In this document: one piece after another, positions 1-13,060 of the stretch
Numbering within the stretch: position 1 is the stretch's first letter
Layout: every line of letters starts with the position of its first letter
Assembly (NCBI GenBank): GCA_013265495.1
Contig: MU058791.1
Coordinates: forward strand, 186,001-248,000
Length of the DNA stretch: 62,000 nucleotides
Direction: 5' to 3'
Origin: Vicugna vicugna
Taxonomy: Eukaryota
Program-made: the position numbers and the translations under genes
The notes under the pieces: generated by a model
Database searches by the model: none
What the model saw: the letters and a program-made list of their open reading frames with translations, nothing else
Told to the model about the DNA's origin: nothing

Positions 1-312
1 TTACCCCGTTGCCTCCAAAGTTAGCTGCTGCCATTAGTTTCTTCCTTTTCAGCAGGTAGAGAATTGGAATTGTGTTGGAATCGTCTGGGGGTTGAGGGGT
101 GGGGTGCCGCCGCACCGTCCACATGCCCGAGACTCTGGTATGAGGGAGGGGGAGGTGTTCCCCAAGAACACCCAGGAGGAGGAAAGATGAGGCTTGGTGC
201 TGGACTGGGGCTCTTCCGGGGCTGAGTCACACCTGGGGAGTCACACCGGGGCTGAGTTCTGTCGGGTCCTCTCAACCTGGTCCTGCTAACATTTTAAAGA
301 TAACACAGATGT

Positions 313-913
313 CAGTCAGTCTTTGTCATCCCCAGATTCTATATCTGCGAATTCACCCACTCACTCAGATGTATTTGTATCCCCCCAAAACAACACCTGT
401 GACACCTCTGAGTTCCCTTGAGGCCATGAGCAGAGCAGGGAAAAATCCGAGTTGCCTGCTGCATGTGTTCTCAGCACAGGTGGGACAGGGTGATGCTCTG
501 CCTTCGGTCCAGCCCTCGCTGTAACAGGTGACCCCTTTGTGGTCCTTTTAAGGCCATGTTTTTTGCTGGTGACATCTCTGTTTAAAACAGTGCCCAAGTG
601 CAGCGCTGCATGCTGCTTAGCGCTCCTGGGTGCAGGGAGGCTGGGATGTTCCTCACGGAGGAAATGACATCTGCTGGATAAGCTCCCTTCAGTGCTGTTG
701 GCCCCGAGTTCACTGTCACCAAACCAGCAAATATATGAAATAAGATGTCTTATTTACAGTGATGCACTGATTGGTTGATGAAGGTACTGGGACCAGAGAC
801 TCGCAGGAACCCAATTCCGTGTTTCCCTTGGGAGCAGTGGCTCAGAATTTGCAAATTCAGTGTTCACGGTGTTTTTATAGGACATAACTACTGTGACTCA
901 CAGAAATAGGCAG
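313..913 (+). mobile_element. MER82 (TcMar-Tigger) non-autonomous DNA transposon, near full length
   Basis: Colinear with the recalled MER82 consensus across ~600 bp (GCGAATTCACCCACTC, GCAGAGCAGGGAAAAAT, CTCTGCCTTC, CTGTTTAAAA, AGTGCTGTTGGCC, CTCGCAGGAACC, AATTCAGTGTTC, ACATAACTAC). Termini are decayed. Confidence 0.85.
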
Positions 914-1004
914 AGTCATTTGCACGTGCATGTCACAACATTAGAAACAAAAAATTTCTGAATAACGTCTAATTGGGCAGGTTTTTCACTCAGAATATGC
1001 AGTA

Positions 1005-1682
1005 TTTTATTTAATTAATTAATTTTTAATTAATTATATAGAAGTACAGTTACAATGTGTTCATTTCTGGTGTACATCACAATGTTCCAGTCATGCATAT
1101 ACATACATATATTCATTTTCGTCACTTTTTCATTAAAGGTTATTACAAGATATTGAACATAGTTCCCTGTGCTATACAGAAGAAACTTAAAAAAAAGTCT
1201 ATTTTTATATACAGTGGCTAACACTTGTAAATCTCAAACTCCCAAATTTATCCCTTCCCACCCTCTTTCCCTGGTAACCATAAGACTGTTTACTATGTCT
1301 GCAAGTCTGTTTCTGTTTTGTAGATGAGTTCATAGTGTCCTTTTTTTTTTCTTTTAGTTTCTACATATAAGTGGTATCTTTTGGTATTTTTCTTTCTCTT
1401 TCTGGCTTACTTTACTTAGAATGATGATCTCTAGGTCCATCCATGTTGCTGCAAATGGCATTATTTTATTCTTTCTTACGGCTGAGTAGTATGCCGCTGT
1501 ATAAATATACCACAACTTCTTCATCCAGTCATCTGTCAATGCACAGTTAGGTTATTGTATTGTATTTGGCTGCTGTATTTGGCACTTCTGTGAACATTGG
1601 GGTGCATGTATCTTTTCAAATTAGAGTTCCCTCTGGATATATACCCAGAAATGGGACTGCTGGATCATACAGTAGGTCTGTT
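1005..1682 (-). mobile_element. 5'-truncated LINE-1 (ORF2 C-terminus + 3' UTR), artiodactyl/camelid type
   Basis: Minus ORF 1354-1539 (DWMKKLWYIYT..YYSAV.KNKIMPFAATWMDLEIIILS) is the L1 ORF2 C-terminus. T-rich tail on the left. Confidence 0.9.
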
Positions 1683-1791
1683 TATTTTATTTTTACAAGA
1701 TAAAGTGGTTCCCTAATAGGTGTGGTATCCATTAGTGAATCTTTAGAGTTCACCCAAAGAAAAGTGTTCTCATCATGGGAAATGCCTTTGC

Positions 1792-2203
1792 TTTTTTTTT
1801 TTTTTTTAAATTGAAAGATAGTTGATTTACAGTGTTGTGTTAGGTTCTGGTGTACAGCATAGTGATTCAGTTATACATATATATTCTTTTTCATGTTCTT
1901 TTTATAGGTTATTACAAGTTATTGAATACAGTTCCCCAGGCTATACATTAGGACCTTGTTGTTTATCTATTCTGTATACAGTAGTTTGTATCTGCTAATC
2001 CCAAACTCCTAATTTATCCCCCCCAACTTCTCCCCTTTGATAACCATAAGTTTGTTTTCTGTGTCTGTGAGTCTGTTTCTGCTTTTATAGGTAAGTTCAT
2101 TTGTGTCGTTTTTTTTAGATTCCACATATAAGTGATGTCATGTGGTTTTGTCTGTCTGGCTTACTTCACTTGGTAGTATCACCTCGGGGTCCACCCTTGT
2201 TGC
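1792..2203 (-). mobile_element. 5'-truncated LINE-1 3' end
   Basis: Poly(T) followed by AAATTGAAAGATAGTTGATTTACAGTGTTGTGTTAG...; same family as the copies at 5360, 6021, 30691, 41751, 58350 and 61905. Confidence 0.9.
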
Positions 2204-2804
2204 CTTGGAACTGTGACCCTCCTTCTCGCTGCGAGTCAGACGGCAGCTGAGTGAGGAGAACAGCGTGAGTTACTCTCTTACTATCTGACTCAAGCTTCTG
2301 TTACCAGAAGCTAAATGACCTCAGAAAAGAAGCCTGGAGTTTAGAAGCTGCATCGCTCTCCTCATTTACACTTAGAACCATCACTTAGCCTCAGATTTCA
2401 CACAGCTTCCACTGTTTTTTCTAAAAGCCACTAGTCCCGCAGCCTCTAATCCCCACTAAACTGGTACATAAAAAGTAGTCGTCATGGTCTTGAGAAATTT
2501 ATATTCCGAGGAGCAGAGTGTATTTTAAGATGTGACTTGATCCTTCTGGAATCCCCATTTGAGGGCTTGCGTTGAGTGGACGGAGACTCACAGCGGGTAC
2601 CCGGCGTGTCATGTGGGCATTCTGGAGTCCGTGCTCCTCACCTCATCCTCCTCTCCTCCTTTGGGGACACATCTGTAGTCCAAGAAACCCTTTCCTCGCC
2701 ACACCTCTCCCCTTTGTAGAATGTTTTATAAGCTCAAATCAAATCCCAAGTGTGCCCCCCTGTAAGTTATAAAGCCAGTGCTTTTCTTGTCCATCTACAC
2801 TGTT

Positions 2805-3650
2805 TTTATTCACATTTATTTAATCAGTAGATATTGCTGAGTCCCGCTTTGTGCCTGGGTGCTGGAGGCACAAAGACAGCGCCCAGCCCTGGGGTCAAGG
2901 AGTCCCCTTTCCGCTGGGGGGGAGGGATTCACATCCCACGCGGAGAGGCTGCTAGGGGAGGTTCCTGAGGTGAGGCTCGGAAGGGTAGGCTGTAGGTGCC
3001 TGGGAGTTTGCCTGGGAGCATCAGGGAAGGCTTCACAGAGGAGGTGGGGCCACGTCTGAGGCTTGAGGGATGGGTAGGAGTTTAGCAGCTAACCAAGGGA
3101 GAGGGGGCTTCCAGGCAGATGACCCTGCTCTGGTCCTAAGACCTGAAGAATGAAAGAGCATGGGGTCTGTTTGGGGGTTCAAGCAAGAATAGGGGAGCAG
3201 TGAGAGAGGAGGCTTGAAAGGGAGTTACAGGCCTTGGATTCGGGGATTTTTTGTGCCACACTCAGCAGTTTGGAATTTATCCTCAAAGTGGGGGAATGAA
3301 GGGGAAATGCAATCATCCTTTTTGTGTGTTTGAAAGCCCACTTTGGAGCAAAAGTTGGAAAGTTGAAGACAGGTGTCAGAGAGACCAGGTATATTGCTCT
3401 TGGATTCGTGGGTGGGTGGGGGAATGGGGGGAGAGGAAGTGTCCTAACTGGAAGGGGGCTTGGGGAGATGGGGACAGACAGAAGATACACTAAGGCTGTC
3501 GGGTCTAATTCTTTGGGATCATTTTGGATTTTGGAGCCTGAGTCAAGGAGAGAAGAGCTAAGAGTTTTCATGCTTGGGCACTCGGGTAAAAGATAATGTC
3601 CTCTGCTGAGGGCATATAGGAGCACGTTTGTGGGAGTAGAGTTGCATGGA
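2805..3650 (-). mobile_element. Decayed LINE-2 (L2) fragment(s)
   Basis: Starts with antisense L2 3'-end motifs (ATTCACATTTATTTAATCAGTAGATATTGCTGAGTCCCGCTTTGTGCCTGG), followed by a purine-rich L2-like body (CATCAGGGAAGGCTTCACAGAGGAGGTG, TTTGGAATTTATCCT). Boundaries approximate. Confidence 0.6.
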
Positions 3651-5359
3651 CCGTGGGACCCCAGGGTGGAGCGCCTCCATCACGCAGGTGAATAGATTCA
3701 TCATTATGCTATAAATACAGCTCCAGAATTATATTCTGGAAGCAGGTTTTTTTTTCTCTCTTGTTTGCATGTTTTTGCCTCCATTATCTACTTAAGGAAT
3801 TTTCGTTGATCTGTTTGTTAGCAGAGAAAGAACATGGAGCAAAATGTGTGAAATTGCCTGGGAGGGAGGAAAAGTCTCTCCTGCTGTGGTCTGAACACCC
3901 ACGCGGGCGCATGAAACCAGATGCAGTGGAGGCTGTGGGCTGGTTTCTCAAGGTGACCTGGGACAAGCTGTCACCTCCTGACCATCCTGTGCTCGTGTCT
4001 GCCCGATGGCATTGCACAGTGGCTCAGAGCACTGGTTCTGGTTTCAGGTGGACCTAGTTCATCCTCCCTCGGGTGAGTCAGGTCCTAGCACAGTTCTTGA
4101 CATAGTGAGCACTGGGAAAAAAAAAAATGGTATCTTGAAATAATTACAAGAACAGATCTCACAGAATGACTGTAAATTCACAACTGAACATAAACCTGGG
4201 ATTTAAGATGGATTTTCTAAGAGATTTAGTTTCCACTTATGCAAGGATGCATAGAATTCCTGTAGAAGACCTTCCTACAAGTGCACTTAAAAATAAACTA
4301 TTCACAAAAATTCCACATACTTTAAAATCGTAGTCTATTATTAATAACAATAAACTGTTATATAATGCATTGGACTTTTAAGTTTGTTCCCCCCTCCATC
4401 ACAGGACTCACAGTAAGGCGACACTGTGGCCCTGACTTTATTGTGATGACACTGGGACCAGGGAGCTCCAGGGACGTCACTCAGATGATAGCACTGAGGC
4501 CGATTGAAACCTCCCTTGATGCTTTTGAGAGAAAAGCATCAAAGAGAAAAAGCAAACAAAAATAAGCATCTAGTTCCTTGAGCTTTTGAAAGAGGAAGAA
4601 ATTGAGGAAGAAACTGCTAATTGAGCAAATGCAGACGATTCCCTAATAGCTTCAGAGGATATGCACTTGCATTGAATTCTGTTTGGATCTACGGCACCCC
4701 TTATAAATAAATATACCCTTAATAAGTTGAAAAGACATAAACAAGTGTAGGGAAGCTAAGAGAGAAAGCTGATTGTTATTGTTAATTATGTAGCAGACAG
4801 GGCTGCACTGTGGAGGGATTGATTCCTTTTGGTGTGAAGACTTCCTGTGAAAGTTAGAATAGAATTGTAGAGGAGAAGGTATTAACTTCTTAAAGATCAA
4901 CTTTTTTCATCACAGGGACCGAGGAAACTGTATTTTGGAAGTGCTCATTCATTCCCTGTATGTTTTTATTAATATAGGACAGACCAAGCTGCCAGTGAGG
5001 GCTTCTCCTCCCTGCGCTGTCACTGTGGCCACTGCACATTGAATTGACTTAATCTCAGTCCAAAGCTAACATGTTTTAGCCTGTGCCGTCACGTTGTGGG
5101 TACTGTGTGGTTTCTGCTGGGACTTCTGAAATACTGGAGATAGCCCTGGTGCCCCCATCGCTCCCTTTGGGGACATCCCCAGCCATCTCTGGTCCATCTA
5201 TCTCATCTCACAAATCTCATTAGTAGAAGTCACTTGCCTAGGGTCAGAAACATAGTGACTTTAGGAGGTTATACTTTGTATCCAGTGCAGATAGGGTGCT
5301 GAGAAAACTGATGTTCTTTGTAGAAAATGCAGTGATACAGCTGTAATACACACCATTTT

Positions 5360-5552
5360 GTTCTCTTTTTGGAATCTTTTTTTTAATTAAAGTATAGTTG
5401 ATTTACAATATTGTGTTTCTGGTGCATGGCATAGTGATTCAGTTATACACATATGTATTCTTTTTCATTATAGCCATTACAAGATATTGAATACAGTTCG
5501 CTGTGCTATACAGTAGTAGGTCCTTGTTTATCTATTGTATATATAGTAGTTG
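5360..5552 (-). mobile_element. Short LINE-1 3' end with 14-bp TSD
   Basis: ATACACACCATTTT duplicated at 5346-5359 and 5553-5566, with antisense L1 3' UTR between. Confidence 0.9.
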
Positions 5553-6020
5553 ATACACACCATTTTTGTGTTCAGTTGAAAGGCAGGCAATGAACTGGTG
5601 ACACAACTCTGCTGTTTGCTTAAAATGTCTTATGTATTGGCTCAGATGCCCACCGTCCTAAGGAGCTATCTTAAAAAATTAGTCACAGTTTGTCAAATCG
5701 AACACAGAACAATTAAGACCTGTTAATTGTCTTGCTCTGTAAGTATGTACTGCATGCCCAACCTTCCAGAAAGAACCCATTCAAACATTAGCCAACAGGG
5801 CAGGCTAGTGTTTGTGAAAGAGGAGTTTGCTCAGCACACAAACAGCATCGACATGAGTGTGGTCATGTTGTTTAACCACTTAGCTTTAATATTTGCACAT
5901 GTAATTAAATGTTTATTACAAGTAATTCTTACCAGGACCAACAAGACACCTGCTTAGCAGTACTTGGCCAGTCCTTTCAAGTTGTTTATGAGTTTCAAAG
6001 CATTTAAAGTACATTTCTCT

Positions 6021-6462
6021 CTTTTTTCAAAATTGAAGTATGGTTAATTACAATGTTGTGTTAGTTTCAGGTGTCTAGCAAAGTGATTCAGTTGTGTGTC
6101 TATATATATATTTTTTTCTTTTCCTTTATGGATTATTACAAGATACTACAAGTTTTCTGTGCTATACAATAGGGCCTTATTGTTTACCTGTTTTATATAT
6201 AATAGTATGTATCTGTTAATCCCAAACTCCTAATTTATCCCTCCCCTACTTTGCCCTTTGGTAACCAGAAGTTTGTTTTCTATGTCTGTGAGTCTCTTTC
6301 TGTTTTGTAAATGAGTTCATCTGCATCATGTTTTTAGATTCCACATGTAAGTGATATCATATAGTATTTGTCTTTCTCTGCCTGACTTACTTCCTCTGTC
6401 TGACATACTTAGTATGATCATCTCTAGGTCCATCCGTGATGCAGCATGTGGCATTATTTTTA
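6021..6462 (-). mobile_element. 5'-truncated LINE-1 3' end
   Basis: AAATTGAAGTATGGTTAATTACAATGTTGTG...CTCTAGGTCCATCC. Minus ORF 6326-6538 contains KIMP.AA..MDLEMIILS. Confidence 0.9.
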
Positions 6463-9400
6463 TGATCAGTGGGGAAAGTGTATGACTTGTGTGTACTGGT
6501 GCTGATGCTTTGATGTGTTTGACACAATCCTGGCACACCGGAGCTGCTCAGTGCTTATTTGCCAAATGGATAAGGTGTGTGAGTAAGTCAGTGACACCAG
6601 GATTGTGAGCTAACAAGTTGGGAAAAAATAACACATGGTGTTTCTCAGTGGGGCTCTGTGGGTTCTGTGGCCAAGATGACTCTTCCTTGCTGAGCCCTGC
6701 ATCTCTGGACGTTTGGCACCCCTGATTTCCATCCCTAGTTATGGACCATGACTTTTCCTCAGACACCAAAAATCAATTTCAGATGCTAGAAAGTTAAACA
6801 TAGAAAAGAAGTTTAAAAAAAATAAGAAATAAGAAGATATAGATTAATATCTGACAAAATATTTTAAAAATTAAGCTATGGGGTTCTCTGCAGAATCCTC
6901 TATTGCCTAGTGAGTCTTTCTCTCTGACTGTCGGTTTGATTTTCTCAGGGGCTATTCAGAGGAACCATACTGCTTGTAATCAATTTTCTCTGCCTCTTTA
7001 CAGAGATTGAGGCCAGCCAAAGGGGCTTGTGGCCACTTCACTTCTCCAAACCCCAGCACCCCTCCTTTCTTTCTAAGTTCGACTTCTGCGGGGGCCTCGC
7101 TGCCATAGCTTGCTGCTCCCTCACCCAGCGCCTCACCTCTCTAGCATTTTCCATTTTATCTTCTCCTCTGTCTCTTTCCAAGCTGCCTCTAAACCTTCTC
7201 AGATGCTCCCACATTCGAAAATAAATCTTTAACATCCATGTTCCCACACCACCATTTACTAGCACATCTTGGTCCTTATGTTCATGGCTCAGCCTCTCAG
7301 TGAATTCTCCTTGGCCAGGCGGACAGAGCGTGGGTCCGCAGCCCAGGGTGGAATCCAGCCTCTTTGACCTCCCTGAGCCTGGTGAATAAAATAGGGATAA
7401 AGAAGGCTACCGTGCAGGCAAAGGTCCCCATGAGGGACAGATGTAAAGTGCAGGCAGGGTCCTGTCGTGCCCCAGCTTGGAATCCTTCAGAAGCCTACCA
7501 CTGGTCGTGGGAGAGAACCCGGCATTCCCGCCTCCAGCTTCAAATGTTAGTCCCTCTGAGCTGTTTATGCTACCCAGCCCCCTCCCGCCCCCTCCCCCAG
7601 TGCCATCTGCTTTGCTGTTTCCTGCCTGGGTCTTTTCTGTCTGGCTCTCTGTTTTCCAGCTTCCTCCTTCCACCCCACTGGTTGACTCCTGCTCAAGCTT
7701 TTTCAGTAGCCCCTTCTGGAAGGTTCCCCACACTCTCACTGTACCTGCACATCATACTACAGTTGCTGTGGCTGTGCCAGGCTCCACACTAGACTGTGAA
7801 CGTCCTGAAGGCAGGGAGGAGGTGGCTTCCCGGCCGTGTGGACGGGCCAGCCAAGGGCTGGCTGGTTGATTGAATAGCCAACCTGGGAGATGGTGGATCC
7901 AGTCCCACCAGTTCCAGCTGCAATAGAAGTTGACAAACATCATGCAACTAGGTGATGTTCTTGAGCGTTTTACAGCAGTTCCTGGTCGAAGTGCTTTTCC
8001 CCAAACAGATCTTCTGGGGAAAATTAATTTGTCTGCCATATGTATATTTTTTGTATGCCTGCCATATTGCTAGTAAATATTTCTTGATTGACTTTATTAA
8101 CAATTTCCAACACAAGGATGGTGGTCACAAGTCAGAATTCCATTTCCTGATGTGATTGTGTGTAAATATGTACTTTTTCTTGACTGTGTGTATTTCTGTG
8201 TCTTTCATAGGTGAGGTCATCCAGTTGGTAAACATGTCTGGGAAAGATGATGGGGGAGGTAGGGTCGGAATGGCAGGAACTTGGAGCAGTTAGTCCTATC
8301 CACCTGCCCCAGAAGTATTTAAAGAAAAAGCCTGTTTCTTTTAAGATTTAATATTGTTCTGATTTACAATCTGCTCGAAACCGACTTGTATCTGTCTCCT
8401 TGTGATAAATGTGTCTCGGAAGGATGAGGAAACACATAGGGAGAAAAAAAATACTTCTCTGGAAGGCTGCTCCCCAGAGAAAGTGAATTGATAAACCTTT
8501 TTGTTGCTGGTTTCACAAATCAGAGGAGGACACATGCAGTGTGATAAGGCAGTGGGGCTAATACATGATATGTTTGACAATGGTTATTCGTTCTCTCTTA
8601 GCTGAAATCACACACATTTTAATAGGTGGCCAGAAGCAAGGCAGTTCTAGACCTTAGGGGCAGGCTGGGGTCTAGCGTTTGCTGAGCTTCAGTTTTATGC
8701 TGGAAGCTAGTATTTCCCCTGCTCTCTTTTATTTATTATTTTTAACCTATCTCTGCAGATCTACTTCATGCATTTGCTCTTCTTGGGTTTGTACCAGTTG
8801 CCCAAGGTGGCGGAGCATCGTGCTTTGCTGCAGTGGCTGCTGCGTGTCTGTGACCTTTCTAGAATGCTCAGAGATCCCATCTCACGTTGCAGGACCGGCA
8901 CAGACATCCAGTGTGTCTGTTCATTTACTAAGCTTGGAGCCCAGCTTGCGGGCTCCCCCGACGTGACCTCGCTAAACGTTGACTCCTGGAGGATTTACGT
9001 GGCCTGTCTGGGTGCTGAGTAACCATCTCCGGGGTGGGGCGACCTCAGCCAGCCCTCTGCATCTTGTTTTCTTATCCCATGAGCATCACGGAGCCCAGGC
9101 CAGGTTTTGGGCGGATGCGTGTGGGGAGGATGCCAGGAACCTGAGCTCACAAAGTTTCTGGCTTCAGTGAAAACAGAATTTCAAGTCGACCTCAGTGCCT
9201 TGAGCTGCATTCAACAGTGTGAATTCATGTTGGGATCCCCATTTTGTGTCATCTTGCAGAAGTAGAGCTTGGGGCCCTGGTGGCTCTGGATGAGATGACC
9301 ACTGTCTGCTTCCTCCCCCAGCCAGCTTCACATATCCGCCCCGCCTCGTGGTAGCCACTCAGGGAAGAAAAATGCAGGGGTGTCTATTAAAAATGAAACC

Positions 9401-10195
9401 AAGTGTTGGGTGTAGCAGATGCTGGGGTTGAATGTGACAGAAATGGGTCGGGATGAAGATGAAGTGGGGGTGTGTGGCACTGAATTTTCCAGCCTCTTTT
9501 TTTTCTTTGGGTGAATCACATGCTCATCTGTGTTGAGTCCGCCTGGGCCCTTTGTTCCTGGAAAGCAGTCATGAACCTACTGTCCTTTCCTACTAGACTC
9601 ACATTGGCCCTCGGCCACCCTGGCTTGTGTCCCTAGGGTGGGTCTGGGACCTGAGAAAGAGGGGCTCAACCATTCCCTTGAGAGCTGCTCCTTAGATAGA
9701 AGACAGGCCCCTTCCCTTCTCTGGGGGCCTTGCTGTCTGGAGGTTCCAGCAGTGATGCCTGCATCTCTTGGCAGGTGGGGAGGTTTACTTAAGGGTTAGG
9801 GAAGAAGGGCACATCTGTGCCTTTGACCAAGGTGAGGGCTGGCCTGGCTGAGGTGCAAGGGAATCCAGGGACATCCCAGGAAGCACACGATGGTCCTCAG
9901 GGATCCTCAGGGCAGGCCAGGCAGGACAGAGGCAGGTCACTAGGTCCGAGGCTCTCAGTGGGAACTCCTGTCCCATCTGTGCAGGGAGGTTCCAAGGCTG
10001 CTCAGGGAAGCCTTCCTTGGAAGATCCCAGAACCTCTGCAGTGTCCTGTGTGTCCCTGCCCATCATCTCAACACCGTCAACCCACTTGGGCAATTACAAA
10101 CTTGGGGATTGTACCGTGGGAAGGAATCTTATTGTGCCTAATTCCAGGGGAGAGAATGAAGGATTGTTATTTTAAAAGCAAAAAAATGTTAAGTA

Positions 10196-10430
10196 GGGAT
10201 CAATTAGGAGTTTGGGATTAACAGATATACACTACTGTATATAAAACAAATAAATAACAAAGTCTTACTGTAGAGCACAGGGAACTATATTTAATGTCTT
10301 GTAATAACCTATAATGGGAAAGAATCTAAAAAAGAATATATACATACATATATATATATATATATAACTGAATCACTTTGCTGTACACCTGAAACTAACA
10401 CAACATTGTAAACCAAATAATAAAATAATT
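10196..10430 (+). mobile_element. LINE-1 3' UTR end (sense) with internal (TA)n
   Basis: GGGATCAATTAGGAGTTTGGGATTAACAGATATACACTAC...CTGAATCACTTTGCTGTACACCTGAAACTAACACAACATTGTAAA, the reverse complement of the minus-strand copies. Confidence 0.9.
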
Positions 10431-10871
10431 TAAGCGCAAATACTAACGTGCCCTCACTAAGCCAAACAGGTGATAGGTTCCATTACTACACTTATACGTC
10501 ACAGGGTTGCTGTGTCGATCAGAATAAAAATGACATGAGTTTGAAAGCCGCCCTAACATACGACGTAGCGTGAGTGTTGTACGAGGGTAGTGATGGTGAG
10601 GACGGTGGTGACGACGGGTGGGTCCCAGGGCAGAAGGAAGTAGAACTGTGCCTTAAAGGAGAAGTTTCTAGTCATTTGCTGGTGTTTATGGATCTCGAAT
10701 CCCTGGATATGGGATAATTCTGATTTCAAATATTCTGTTCCATTGTCATACCATGTATTTCAGGCTAAAATTGTACCACTGTTTGTTTGGAAAAATAGGC
10801 TGTTTTCACTGAGTTTGGGGACGAGGAACCTGGCTGGCCAGCCTTGAATTGGGCTCCTATGGTTCCCTTTC

Positions 10872-11180
10872 CTGGCTTGTTAAAAAACATGTTCTAAACT
10901 TAAGACCCAGATTTGCTTGGAATCTGAGAATTTGTCTTTCTTTTCAAAATTTATTTAATTTATTTGTTATTGTATTGTTTAATTATTTTACTTGGGGGGT
11001 AGGCAATTAGGTTTATTTATTTTAGAGGACGTACTGGGGATTGAACCTAGGATCCTTGTGCATGCCAAGCGTGCACTCTACCATTTGAGCTAGACCCTAC
11101 CCCCAAGAATTTGCCTTTTTGACAAGTCCCCCAGGGATGCAGATGCTGTAGGTCCGCGGCCCACACTTTGAGAAGCACTG
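10872..11180. mobile_element. MER5A (hAT-Charlie) remnant interrupted by a SINE
   Basis: GGCTTGTTAAAA on the left; GAATTTGCCTTTTTGACAAGTCCCCCAGGGATGCAGATGCTG...CCACACTTTGAGAAGCACTG terminus on the right. Confidence 0.75.
10940..11105 (-). mobile_element. tRNA-Ala-derived SINE, vic-1-like (camelid)
   Basis: Minus strand GGGGGTAGGGTCTAGCTCAAATGGTAGAGTGCACGCTTGGCATGCACAAGGATCCTAGGTTCAATCCCCAGTAC (A and B boxes), then AAAATAAATAAACCTAAT and an A-rich tail. TSD AGAATTTG(T/C)CTTT at 10927-10939 and 11106-11118. Confidence 0.85.
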
Positions 11181-12793
11181 CTCTGTACCATCTGGACCAG
11201 TTTTTCCTGGCACTGGTTCAAAACACAGTTTTCCTGCTGTGTAGGAAAATAATGTACTGGGGTTTCTAGAAATCCAGATACGTTAAGTGGAAAAGATTAT
11301 CCTTTTTCTCCTTGAAATGTTATCTTTCCTGTTTTCTCATGGTGAATAGTCTGTCTTTTGTGAAATGATTGTAACAAATGGCAACAACATTGGTAGTTTG
11401 GATGGCCCGACCTTTCTTGACAAATTAAGAGTTGGCAACTCTACTCCAGTTCTTTGATTTGGGGGAGAATTCTGCTGCTTTCTGAAACTCAGAAGTCTGA
11501 CAACGATCATCTAATACATGTATGTGTAGTTTGGTTCCTTCATTTAAAAATTTTCTCATTTTAGAAGGGAGGTGGAGGGAATGGAGGTGGTGAAATAAGA
11601 AGCTTGCGTTTGCTACTTTGGCAAAGTCATTGCTGTTTTATTTTCTGATGATAATTGTGGTAAACATTTTCTTGTTGTTAGGTTTTTTTTTTTTTGCAGA
11701 AACTGTCTCTCAGCAAGCTCACTGTACAAAGAAGACAGGTCTGTGTACAGTCACATACATTGGCTATAATGTGTGTTATCTTTGAAATCGTCTTTTTTCT
11801 CTGTGGTTTCAGAAATAGCTGGGGAAGGCGGTCAGCCACGATGAGGATTTGGCTAGAGTTGTTGATCTGACCTTTTGTCTGTTCTGCCTCATTATCTTCT
11901 ATTCAGTGGGAGATGTTACGTTTTGTACAAACAACTTGGTTTGGGGAACTTTTTACAGATTTCTCAAATCTCACTAATCGAATAAATCTAACACGTCCAC
12001 TTGCAGGCTTCTTTATGGAATTGTTCTGATAAGCTTTCCTCTTTGTTTTGGAATATTTTAGGCCAAGTGATGAAAAAACTTGCATTACACTTTCCCATAA
12101 ATTTGAATTTGGAGAGTTTCCTTGAAAAATGCTCTTAGTCACAGTGTCCAGCTTTTTGCCTTGATTTGCTGGGTGATTGATTAGCTCATTTCCCCGTTTG
12201 GCTTTGCCTGGGTAGACGTCTTCTTAGTCGAGGTTTTTCTGGTCCTGCTTGATGGCCAGGTTCTGTTCAGATCCAGGAAGTAAATAATGGGGAGTCAGTT
12301 TCTTTTCTGTGCTCAAAAGTTTCCATTAACATTCATTTTGAATTTCTACTGAAAAAAGATCTCTAGTTAACCCTCAGATTGTCCCTTGTAATTATCTTGT
12401 TTCTCTGTTTGATGGTGTTACCTTCCCATGTTTATAGGCCCCCCTTAACCCCTCCTCATTTCTGGTCTCATTAGTATAATCAGGACAGCCTTTCTTAGTT
12501 TCTTAACTTTTTTTGAAAGTTGGTGTTGCAAGCGTCCCAAGATTTTCTAGTCCATTAATGTCACTTCAAATGTGTGTGACTTTCCCTGTCAAAAATAAAG
12601 TTACTCGCTCACCTAACCATTTATTTCAGTATCTTTGAGTGCATGATAGTGGTATTTATTTAGTCTGTAAGTATTTATACGTTCTAAAAATTATTTCTTC
12701 CAAGCATTCTGTGTCCATGACTCTTTTTCAAGGTCTTGCTTCTGCGTATTTTGCTCCATTATTCTAAACTCGGTGCTAAGGAATCACTTCCCT

Positions 12794-13060
12794 GTTGCTG
12801 CAAATGGCATTAGTCTATTATTTTTCATGGCTGAGTAGTATTCCATTGTATAAATATATCACAACTTCTTTATCCAGTTGCACAGGGAACTGTATTCAAT
12901 ATCTTGTAGTAACTTATGTTGGAAAACAATATGAAAATGAATGTATGTATGTTCATGTATGACTGAAGCATTGTGCTGTATACCAGAAATTGACACAACA
13001 TTGTAAACTGGCTGTACTTCAATAAAAATATATATACCAAAAAAAAAAAAGAGAGAGAGA
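12794..13060 (+). mobile_element. LINE-1 insertion with 5' inversion (twin-priming structure), 12-bp TSD
   Basis: TSD AATCACTTCCCT at 12782-12793 and 13061-13072. About 12794-12879 is antisense L1; about 12880-13050 is sense 3' UTR with AATAAA and poly(A). Confidence 0.9.

Noticed and set aside
11880..12780. T-rich stretch that reads A-rich on the minus strand, like a decayed LINE ORF
   Set aside because: I could not recover any diagnostic ORF1 or RT motif by eye; it needs a Dfam search, so no call is made.
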